64,000 nucleotides of DNA, taken from Blastocladiella emersonii ATCC 22665. Lineage: Eukaryota; Fungi; Blastocladiomycota. Below the pieces are notes generated by a model. The model saw only the letters and a program-made list of their open reading frames with translations. It was not told the DNA's origin and ran no database searches. The stretch is taken from the NCBI GenBank assembly GCA_025594325.1, contig JANHCV010000003.1, positions 310,001-374,000 of the forward strand. Direction: 5' to 3'. Below, in pieces: positions 1-11,000 of the stretch. The translations under genes and the position numbers were made by a program. The stretch's first letter is position 1; every line of letters begins with the position of its first letter.

Positions 1-1
1 G

Positions 2-2289
2 GTCTCTCGGCTGCTGCAGCTGCGCTTCGAACTGCTGTCGGTGACCGCGAAACGGCGGCCGTTCCAGTACTCGCAGGTGTCGACGTTCGTGTCCGTGTAC
101 AAGACGCAGGTGATCTCCACGGCGTACCGCGAGTTTGTGGCGAACCAGCGGCGCAAGGGGTCGCACATCGAGGACGTGACGGCGACGCGCAACGCGCAGA
201 TGGAGTTCGAGAAGTGCCAGGTCAGCGCGCTCCGCCAGACGCTGCTCCTCGCCTACACGCGCGCCATGGTCCGCAGCCTAAGGTCCGTGTTTGACCTGCT
301 TGTCGACGAGCGCACCGACGCCCTGTTCGCGCACCGCGAGGCGTTCACGGTCCCGCGCCCGTACATGGTCCAGGCGTACCCGGTCGAGCTCCACGCGAGC
401 GATTTCTCGCACAAGGCCGCGCTGTTCGACGACTTTAACTATGAGTTGTACGCGTGCTCGCTCAAGACGACGGTGCGTCAGCTTCCATGGCTGTTGAGGT
501 TGTAACTGACCTCGTGTGTGTAGGCCGCGCTGATCCAAGCGTGTCGTGACAAGGGCCGCGTGATCCTCGACGAGCGGACGGCCACGGTCGAGGTCGACAC
601 GAACGTGCACTTTGTGGTCCGGCGCGAGTTTCTCGCGCAGGCGGTGCGTCCTCTTGTAACCATCCTCGCTCACGGCCATGATGGCTGACGCGGCGACACG
701 CATAGCTTGCGACGCTCTCGACCAAGCTCACGGCGTGGAACCAGATCAAGTGGAAGGAGTTTGACGAGTTCTACTCGAACCTGCACTCGCTCACGCTCGA
801 CCTGCTCACGCGCCAGCGCAACCTGCTCGAGAGCTACTCGATTGAGCAGTCGCTCACGGCCGGCGTGCGTCCCGCCCCCGTCCCCACCCGCGACCCGCCA
901 CTGACCTCAGCCACCGACACCGTGCGTAGGCCTACGAGCGCGACGTGCGCCTCGGCGCGTCGATCAAGGCGTCCGAGATCTTTCTCGAGCTATCGACGAT
1001 CGGCTCCGAGCTGGCCGAGCTCAAGAAGGCGCGGCGGACCGAGGAGAAGCTGATCCGGGCGCGCGTCCGGCAAGAGTACGAGGAGCTCGTCGGCGAGCTG
1101 TCGTCGCAGATTCACAAGCTCAAGGCGCGGTTCACCGAGTTCCGCATCAACTCGGTCGACGAGGCGCTGTCGGCGCTCAGCGAGGTCAAGAAGGACGACC
1201 TGCTCGCCTTCATCAACAAGGACTACCACGCCAAGGCGCGCGAGACGGGGAACACGATCATCTCGCTGCAGGAGACCATCGACGAGATCCGCAGCGACAA
1301 CGCGGAGCTCAAGCAAGTGGCACGTTTTCGCGGTGGTCGGTGGCCATGGTCTCGTCGACTGACCACTTTGCCCGCGCTCCCTCCCACAGATGTCCAAGCT
1401 CAAGTCCATGTACGCGCTTAAGTCGATGACGTCGCGGTCCGTGTACGCGAAGCGGGTCGCGCACCTGATCGAGGAGAAGCGCGTGGCCGAGGAGCGCCTG
1501 TGGGAGAGCTACCGCGACTCGGAGGCGCGCGAGCGCGTCCTGCGACGCAACCTGATCAAGTGCCAAAAGGACCTGGTCTCGATCCAGACCCAGCACGACT
1601 CGCTCAAGCGCGCCATGCGCGAGGAGCAGCGCGCCAAGGAGCTCCTGCAGAAGGCCCTGTCGGTGCACGTGTCCGAGAACAAGTCGGCCATGGAGATGGC
1701 CAGCCTGCGCAAGGTCGAGAACTTTACCCGGTTCGAGTTCGAGCGCATCCTCGACGAGAACAAGCGGCTGTCCGAGGAGTGCGGCGCCCTCAAGCTCGAG
1801 GTCGCGCGCCTCCAGAACATCATCCAGGCCCAGGAGTGGCGCACGGCTACCAAGCAGCGGCTCCGCATGTCCACGTCGCGCCCATCGTCGCCGAGCCCGC
1901 TGTCGCCAAACATGGCCGCCGCGTCCATGGCCACCGCTGCGTCGCCCACCCCCGAACCGCTCGCGATGCCGCACCTCACCTCGACCTCGCTCCCGCCAGC
2001 CCCGCTGCCGCTACCGCTGCCGCACCCGCGGCCCACGAGCGCGGCGCGCGACTACTCGCCGCGAACGCCCGAGCGGCGGCCGGGCTCGTCGTCGCGCGTG
2101 GCCTCGACGCAGTCCACGCCCACGGACCGGCGGTACGAGGAGATCACGCTCAACATGCGCGACGCCGTGTCGCCGAAGCGGCCCATGACGGCCAAGCGCG
2201 AGAGCGTCGTGGTGCCCGCGCTCCGGCTCCCGCTGCGGCCGCAGACGGCCGTGGTGTCGCGGCGGCACCTTGGAGGCGGGAGTGAATGA
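2..2289 (+). CDS. 5'-partial multi-exon coiled-coil protein, possibly CCDC162-like
   Basis: The frame is open from the window start. Phase-compatible GT..AG introns at 473-523, 644-705, 865-929 and 1317-1389 join the ORFs into one protein ending at TGA 2287-2289. Heptad-rich helices (ELAELKKARRTEEKLIRARVRQEYEELV) precede a Ser/Pro-rich tail. The CCDC162 resemblance is from memory only. Confidence 0.7.
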
Positions 2290-2357
2290 GTGTGCGAAAA
2301 ACTATAGATCACTACTATATCACTACTATTGCACCACCACACCTCTACTCGGAACTC

Positions 2358-4980
2358 TTACAGATCCAGGGTCTTGCCCTGCGCGGCGAGCTCGACGCGG
2401 AGGGGCTCCCAGTCGATCCCCTGCGGACCGGCGGCCTGGACCGCCGCGAGGTACTCGTCGTGGATCTTCTTCTGGGTGTCAAACTCCTTGAGCAGCTTCT
2501 TGCGGCGCGACTTGGGGAGCTCGGCGCCCGCAGCGTCGTGGGTCGGGACGCCGTTCTCATCAACCGCCCCAAACTCGCCCGCGGCGGACCCGCCGGCCGC
2601 GAACATAGCGGTCGGCGCCTCGCGGCCGCGGTACAGGCGCTCGAGCTTCTTCGCGGCAGCCTTGCGCGCGGTCTCGGCCTTGGCGGCGGCCTTGGCGGCC
2701 TCGCGCTTGGCCTTCTCCTCGCGCTCGGCGCGGAGGACGGCCGCGTCGACGAACTTGACGAGGGCGCGGCCGTCGTCGCGGTCGTCGAGGACCACGCCGA
2801 GCTCGGGCAGGTGCACGTCGCGCACCTCGTCGCTGAGCTTGAGGATCGCGTTGCCCGCGGGCGCGCCGGCGGCGGCGGCCGAGCGAGCCGCCGCGCGCAC
2901 CTCGTCGCGGAACTTGGAGAGCACCTGCAGGTACGGCATCACGAGCTCGTCCTTGGACTCGGCACCGGCAGCGGCGGAACCGTCAGCCGAGGCGAACCCG
3001 TACCCGATCTCGGCGCCGGGCTCGGTCAGGCCAAAGATCTTCGTCATGCGCGTGACGTAGCGGGCCGTCTTGGCGAGGAGGTTCGGGTTGGGCGCGAGAC
3101 CCGCGGCGGCGATGCCGCGGAGGTACACGTTGGCCTTGGAGACGAGGTCGAGCAGGGCGGCGACGGCGTCGGGGGTGTTGAGGTTGTCGCAGAGCGCGGC
3201 GTGGACGCGGTTCTGTGCGTCGTTGAGGTGCGCGTACAGGGCGTGCTCGTGGCCGGCGCGGAAGTCGTTGGCGCCCGTGAACTTGGGCGGGTTGGCGCGC
3301 AGGTCGGCGAGGATGGCGCGCACGTTGGTCGCGAAGTTGCGGAACGAGGCCTCGGCGGCCATGGCCTCGGCGGCGGTCGCGTCCTTGAAGTCCATGGTGT
3401 TGATCCAGTGCTGCTGCAGGTACATCATGCGCAGGGTGCCCGGCTTGAACTTGGCGAGCGCCTCCTTGACCGTGGTGAAGTTCTTGAGCGACTTGGACAT
3501 CTTCTGGCCCTCAATGTGCAGGTGGCCGACGTGCATGAAGTAGTTGACCCACTGGCCGCACTCGAAGTGGGCCTCGGACTGCGCCAGCTCGTTGTCGTGG
3601 TGCGGGAACGCGAGGTCCTCGCCGCCCGTGTGGATGTCGAGCTTATCGCCGACAACGGCCGACGCCATGACACTGCACTCGATGTGCCAGCCGGGACGAC
3701 CTGCGCCCCACGGCGAGTCCCACGCGGGCTCTCCGGGCTTGGACGCCTTCCACAGGGCGAAATCGGCGGGCGACCGCTTCTGGCGGGTCAGGTTGGTCGA
3801 TAGGTCGCCCTCGCCCTCGGCCATGAGGGCCTCGGAGTTGGCGGACCACGGCTCGAGCTTGGCGTAGTGGTGGTGCGGCTTGGCGTGGAACGCGCGCGTG
3901 TCGAAGTAGACGGACCCGTCGGCCTCGTACGCGTACCCGTTGGCGATGATGCGCTCCACGTAGCTGACAATCTCGGGCACGTACTCGGACACGCGCGTCA
4001 GCACGTCCGCGGGACGCACGCCGAGCGCGTCCATGTCCTGCAGGAAATCGGCCTCCCAGAAGGCGGCCAGCTCGCGGAAAATGTGGTGGTCGGTCACCGT
4101 CGACCCGAGCGCCACGTCGAGCGCGGGCGACAGGATGTCGCGGGTGGCCTCGAGCACCGCGTCGAGATCGGCGGCGGTACCCGGCGCACGGTGCGCCTGC
4201 AGCGCGTCCCAGGCGGCGGCGGCCTGGCCGAGCTTGAGCGCGTGCTTGTAGTCGGTGACGAGGTCGCCCGTCTTCTGGTCCTTGGCGACGGCATGGAACC
4301 GCGGCCAGTCGTTGGCGGCGGCGTCCCCAAACGCGCGGGCGACGTGGTTCTTCCAGAACTCGAGGATCTCCTCGTGGACCTCGGCCGTCAGGCCCTTGCC
4401 GGCGGCGCGGCGCGCGTTGGCGAACTGGTCGAACAGGTACGTCTGGCGGGCGCGCAGGATGATTTTGTCGTCGATGTCGGTGATGTTCATGACCATGTTG
4501 ACGTGGTAGCCAAAGTACTCTTCGAGGATGCGGCGCATCACGTCAATCGACAGGTACAGGCGCGCGTGGCCAATGTGCGCCGAGTCGTAGACGGTCGGCC
4601 CGCAGTTGTACCACGTCACGGTGCGGCCGTTGGTGGGCGTGAAGACGTCCTGTCGAGCGGGTGGCGGATCAGCGACAGGTCCAACACCTTCTCAGAAACA
4701 AGGAACGCACCTTCTTGCGGGTCAGCGTGTTGAACAGCTTGAGCGCGGGCACCTCGGTGGGCGTCGGGGCGGTCCACGGCGGCATGCGGGCGGCGGCGCC
4801 CTTGAGCGTGGCCGACGGCGGCGGGGCGGTCGGGGCGGCGGACATGGTGGCGCAGGAGCGTCGGAGGGTAGCGCTGAACAGCGGGCGGACGGCGGCGCCA
4901 GCAACAGCGAGGCGAGAGGGGGCCGGGAGACGAAGAGTGGTCGGAGAGCGAGCGACCAGGCGGGCGAGACCGAGATGCAT
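2358..4980 (-). CDS. CARS1: Cysteinyl-tRNA synthetase (class I), with alternative in-frame starts at 4980 and 4845
   Basis: Motifs CGPTVYDSAHIGHAR (HIGH), GRPGWHIECS, HTGGEDLAFPHHDNELAQSEA and KMSKS. One 61-nt intron at 4650-4710 joins KLFNTLTRKK to DVFTP. TAA at 2358-2360. Confidence 0.97.
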
Positions 4981-5206
4981 GGACGCCGGGCGGGATAGCG
5001 GAGACGGCGAGGGGAGCGCCGGTGCTTTGAGGCGCCGCGCCGCCAAAGCCGCTCGCTGATCAGCTCGTACAGCACACGTGATTTGTGCGTGATTGTCTCG
5101 CGAATCGCGTCACCCGCGCGAGTCGCGTCGCGCCGCGTCGTCTCACCGCCACGCCGGCCGTGACTCGTGCTCGCACAAAGAAGCAGCCCATGCATCTCGC
5201 GCACCC

Positions 5207-8037
5207 ATGGCATCGACTTCCGCGGGCGGCGCCACGGGGCCGGGGGCAAGCTCGGCTGTCGCGCCGCGCATCTACATGCGCAAGGTGACGCCCGACGGGC
5301 TCCTGCAGCGCAGCGCCTTCTCCATCACGAGCTCGGGCGGCGGCGCGTGTGCCGTCGTGTCGGGCAAGAAGACGCTCGCGACCGTGCAGCGCGTGGCGCA
5401 GCTGTTCGCCGAGGACGTGGCGTCGGTCGCCGTCGCGAACCAGTCGGCCGCCGAGCCGCTCGCCTCGTTCGTCCAGGGCCGCAACGAGGTGGTCCTCGTG
5501 CTCGGCTTAGCTGGTTCGGGGAAATCGACGTTCCTCGAGGGCATCTCGTCCAAGACGGTGCTTGGCGGGTACCTCGAGGGCGTGTGCCGCGCGCTGTACG
5601 CCCAGCTGCAGCAGGCGCGCGAAGCCGCCGGGTCCACGGCGTCGCTGTCGCTGTCGGTCCACGAGCACTACTCGGAGCTCGTCAAGGACCTCCTCTCAGC
5701 GAAAAAGGACAAGGAGGTCAACGGCGCGCCCGAGTGGAACGCCGTCGCGTGCGCGGGGATGCGCGAGCTCACCCGCCGCACCGTGCCCAAGGTAGCGGAC
5801 GCGCTCGATGCGTTGGGAAAGGTGCGCCAACTTTCGAGGGGTGCGAGAGTCGAACCTAATTGATTTCGAGGTAGGCCAAGCTCGCCCGCTCCAACATCAA
5901 GGGCCGCTCCGACAAAACCGCCGTCGTGTACACGTTCGACCTCGACCAGACCCTGCCCGGCGGCGAGCACCTCGTGTCGTCGCTCCACGTCGTCGAGCTG
6001 TTCGCCGCCGACCGCCTCTCGGTAAACCTGGATGTGCTCGCCGGCAAGGAGGGCGAGGCCGTCGTCAAGAGCGCCCGCGCGTTCCGCAAGGGCCTCGACT
6101 TTCTCGAGCGCGGGCCCGTGGACGATGTACGCTCCTTTCCTCCTCGCACTCGATCCACTCCTAACAACAACCCGTTTCTAGGACACGGCGGCCAACCTCT
6201 TCGACGTCGAAATGAGCACGCTGACGTGGCTCCTGCACCCGCTCTTCGAGTTCAACGCCGGCCTCAGCGTCCTCGCCGTCGCCAACACGGCCAGCGACGC
6301 GACCCAAGTCGCGACCCTGTGCGGCCTCCTCAACAGCATTGCCCGGATCACTACCTACCCGGTCCCCGGCACCGCCGCCCATCTCACCGCGCGCCGCATG
6401 CGCCGCCTCCGCGAGCTGCAGCTCAAGGCCCGCGCCGAGGACTCGCTCGCGCGGTTGTCGCTCGATGGCGACAAGGACGGTGCGTCGTCGTATTGTCGGT
6501 ATGCGCAACGCTCGGAGCTCACTATCCACGAGTGTAGAGCTCGCCAAGCACCTCATCTCCGTGACCCGCGAGAACGACGCGCTGCAGGAATCCATCGCCA
6601 CCCTCTCCGCGCAAGTCGCCGACCTGCAGGAGCAGCTCAAGATTGGCGTCGCCCTCAAGGAAGACACGGAGAGCATGCTGAACCACGCCAACGCCGACAA
6701 GACGAACGTCGCCGTCGAGGCCGCGCTGCTGCGGGACCGGCTCGCTGCCGCGACGCGGGACGCGGACCAGCTGCGCGCGCGCGTCGCCAAACTCGACGCC
6801 GAGCTGACGGGCCTCCGCAACGACCTCGCGCACACGACCGACGTCCTGCACGCCACGGACCGCGCGCTTGGCGAGACCCGCGCCCATGTCGCGTCGCTCG
6901 AGGCCCAGCTTACCGGTACGCGAGCGGATCTCACGGGCGAGGTCGACCAGAGCGAGGATATGAGCCTCGAGCTGCTCCGCCTGTTCAAGCAGCAGAGCGT
7001 CATTGAGCGCGAGCGGAACGCCGCGCAGGAGGCTGCCCATGGGCTCCGCCAAAGGTATGCACGTGTGGCTCGGCTCGCCGTGGTGTCGGAAGCTGACTAC
7101 CCAGAGTGTAGGATTGCCGAGCTCGAGCAGCAGGTCCAGTCCATGACCCGGGACACGCATCGCCTGCAGGGCGAGCTACATGCCACGCGGTACGCTGCAC
7201 GCCCTCGTTCCATCCGCGCGGGCTAACTTCTCGGACCACCAGTGTCAAGGTGTCGCGGGCATCGCCGAGCATCTCCAACGAGGTGGTCGCCGTCATCCAG
7301 CGCGTCGAGATTGAGCTCAAGTCGCAGCTCGACGCGCTGCGCGCCGACTACAATGGCCTTCGTGTCAAGCACCGCGACCTGACGCGCGCGTTCCGGTCGC
7401 GGCTCCAGCAGTGTACGCCTGACTCTGCCCATGCCTTACCGAGGATGCTCACTCGAATCGCGCCGGTAGATGTTGAGAAGACGTGCCAGCTGACCCCGGC
7501 GACCGAGACCCTGACCACACTTAAGCGGCTCATGGACTCGATGCTCAACGACGTGGTCGTCTCACTGATCCAGGACGAGCAGGCCACGTCGGCGTCGGCC
7601 GAGCGGACGCACTCGCTCCTGCAGGCGTCGCACGAGCTCGTTCTCACGCTGCTCCGCCTCACCCGAGTGCTCCAGGTACTGTATACACTGGCCGCTGTTT
7701 CTCGTCTATGCCTGACCCCATGCGCGTGTAGGACAGCCGCCCGTGCCACGCCGACCTCGACCGGCTCCTCGCCGCGCACGAAGCCTTTTCGCAGGAGCTC
7801 AAATCCAGCAGCCCTCCCGCATCCGCCAAGGCGAAGCCCGCAGACCCCGCACCCGCCGTCTCAACCGACGACGCGCGCGCCGAGATCGCGCGGTTCATCG
7901 CGGCGACGCAGCAGGAGATGGAGGAGGAGCGGTCGCGGCTGCTCACGCGGGCCATGGTCGCCGAGTCCGCGGCCAAGGAGTGGGAGGCGCTCGCGCAGTC
8001 ATTGATGAAGGGCGGTGGCGGGAGAGGATACGGATAG
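5207..8037 (+). CDS. CCDC78-like coiled-coil protein with an N-terminal degenerate kinesin-like motor domain
   Basis: P-loop GLAGSGKST and the kinesin-like YSELVKDLL are present, followed by a long coiled coil. The last exon reads IARFIAATQQEMEEERSRLLTRAMVAE, recalling the CCDC78 C-terminal motif. Checked introns: 5822-5874, 6127-6181, 6480-6537; more lie between 7.0 and 7.7 kb. TAG at 8035-8037. Confidence 0.7.
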
Positions 8038-8076
8038 AAATCATTTGTGTGTGCAAGTCGTGTTGGTACATGAAGA

Positions 8077-11000
8077 TCATGGCGCGTTCGCCACGGCGTG
8101 CAGGTCCGACCGCCTCGCCATGGCCTTGAGCCGGTTCTCGAGCACCGAGTTCTGCTCCTGCAGCCGCGCGATCGTTTCTTGGATGCTCGGCTTGCCCGTC
8201 GCCGCCGTACCCATGGTCGGTGCAGGCACAGGTCGAACCGCTGGCGGTGGTGCCGGCCGTGAACCCGCGTGCCTTGACACCCCGATCGTGCTCGCGAGCG
8301 CCGCCGCCGCAGCGCCGTACCCCGGCCCGCTCGAGTAGCCCCCGCGGACCTGCGCCCACGCCGACTGGTCGACGGCCGCCCGCGGGTCCGTCGCGCCGCC
8401 GCCCGACAGCAGCCGCAGCTTCTCCTGCAGGTACGCGATCTTGTCCTCGGCGTCTCGCTGCGCCTCGACCAGGCTGCCTGACGACCGGTGGTGGTGGTGG
8501 CTGCGCCGGTGCGAGGAGGATGAGGACTCGCGGTGCCGGCACGACCGCGACGGGGAGCGTTTTGAGGGCGAGGCAGCGGCGGCGGCAGCGTGGCGCGATG
8601 AGGACGAGGATTTGCGCTGTGGCGAACGTGGGTGCGCTGCTGCGTGGCCGGCGTCGTGTGGGTTCGGCGAGCCGTGGGCCGGGCTCGCGTGGACATGGAC
8701 GTGGACCGGGAGCGCGCTCGAGGGTGGTGGTGCGATGTGCTTCCGAGGTGGCGGCGCGGGTACCGTGTGCATCTCCTCCATCGGCGCCGCAAACCCGACC
8801 GCGGGCGCGGGCCGCATCGCCGTCGACGACCGCACAGCCTCATCGGCGACCTGCCGTAGTGACCGATCGAGCATACTGCGGACATGCGACGCGACAGACC
8901 CGAGGTTCTCGCGCTCGAGCTCGTTGACGAGCGACTTGATCTTATCCATACCCCGCGCGCGCTCCGCGAGCGCCGCGTCCTCGGCCTCCTTGAGCTGCCC
9001 GCGCAGCGCAGCGATCGTGTCCTTGAGCTCCTTTTCGCGCGCGGCCGCGTCGAGCGCTAGGTCCGACTTGAGCGCGAGCCGCAGCGTCAGCGACTCGATC
9101 TGCGCCTCGAGCTTGCTGATCTGCATCGCTGCCTCGCGCGACTGCGCGTGGTGCTCCTTCCACACAGCGCTCGACATGGCCTCGGTCTGCTGCCGCTGCG
9201 CCTCCTGCGCGGGTTGCTCGACGGCGCGCGCCGCGCGGGCTTGCTCGAGCGACTGACGCGTCCGCGCGAGCTCCGTCTGCAGCTGCCGCACCGCGGCCTC
9301 GGCCGAGTCGAGGTCCGACCGCGCCGAGGCGAGCTGGACGGTCGCGACGCGCGAGTCCTCCTTGGCCCGTTCAGCGGTGGCGACGGCCGCGTCGCGCTTC
9401 GTCTCGGCGTCTTCGAGCGCATCGGTGAGCTGCGCGAGGCGGTCCTGGGCGGCGGCGAGCTCCACATCGGCCTTGCGCTTGGCCGTGTCGAGCTCCGTCA
9501 CCTTGACCTCGAGCGCGGAGGCCTGCGCCTGGCTCGCAGCGAGCGCCTTACGGTGTACATCCGCCATGGCGCCCACGGCCTCGACGTGCTCGGCCTTGAC
9601 CTGCGCGAGCTTCTGCGCGGCGGCCTCGCGCTCCGCCGTGAGCTGCTCGATGCGCGCGTGGTACAGGTCGGCTGTTTTCTTGACCGACTGGTGGAGCGAC
9701 TCGAGCCGCCCGTTCTCGGTCGTCAGCGCGGCGACCTGGGCGACCTGCTCCTCGGCCGTCTTGCGCAGCGTGGCGTTGGCGGCCTCGACGCGCCGCGCCG
9801 TCTCGGTCGCGTGCTCGGCCTCGTCGGCGCGCTCCTCGCGCGACCGGCGCAGGTCGCGGACCGTGGATGTCAGCTTCTCGCGCTCCTCCTTGAGCGCCAC
9901 GAGCTCGTCAAGTTGCGTTTCGGTAGTGCGCTGCGCCGCGGCGAGCAAGGACTCGAGCCGCTGCGCCTTGCCCGAGACCTCCTCGAGCTCGCGGCGCGCG
10001 TCGTCGAGCTTGGTCCCCGCGATCGCGCGCTTGGACTCGAGCTCCTGCACCACGAGCGCGAGCCGCTCCGCCTCAGCGCGCGCCGCCGCGAGCTCCGCGC
10101 GGGTCTGCGCGTGCGCGGACCGCTGGCCCGCCTCCTCGTCGCGCAGCGCGGCGTGCATCTTCTCGAGCTTCTCGAGCTTGACCGCCTTCTCCTCGAGCTC
10201 GGCCTTGACGGCGGCGATCTCGACGCGCTGCCGGCTGAGCAGCTGGCCCGACGACAGCTTGCCGTCCTCGATGGCCTGCATCTGCTCGCGGAGCCCCGCC
10301 AGCTCGGCCGCGGCCTGGTCGTGCGCGCGCTGCACGCGCGCCAGCTTGTCGAGAGCCGCCTGGTGCTCGTCCTGCATCGCGGCGGCGGACTTGGCGAGCC
10401 GCTGCTGCTCGCGCGTCGACGCGGCGAGGCGGTCCTGCGCGGCCTCGAGCTGCGCGCGGAAGGACGACTCCTGCGCCTGCAACTCGGCGGCGTGCTGCGC
10501 CGCGGCCGACTGGAGGTCCGACTTGGCCTTGGCCGACTGCTGCGCGAGCTGCGCGCGGAGCTGGGCGAGCGACTCGTCGAGGTCCCCGCGCATCTCGAGC
10601 TCGGACTTGAGCTTGGTCGCCTGCTGCGCCAGCTGCGCGCGGAGCTGCGCGACCGTGTCGTCGAGCCCGGCCCGCGCGTCGAGCTCGGCCTTGAGCTTGG
10701 CGGCCTGCTGCGCGACCTGCGAGCGGAGCGACGCGATCGTCTCGTCGAGCTCGGCGCGCGCCGCGAGGTCCGTCTGCAGCTTGGACGACTGCTGCGCGGC
10801 CTGCGCGAGCTGCGCCTTGAGTTTCTCGACGGCGGCCTCGGCGTCGGCCTGCGCCTGCTGCGCCGCGCGAAGTTTCGGCGCCGCGTCCTCGGAAGCCTCG
10901 CGGAGCGCGACCGCCTCGGCCTTGGCCGCGTCGAGCGACTCGCGCGTGTGCTGCAGGTCGCCCTGCGCGGTGGCCAGCTGCTTCTCCATGCTGCGCATCG

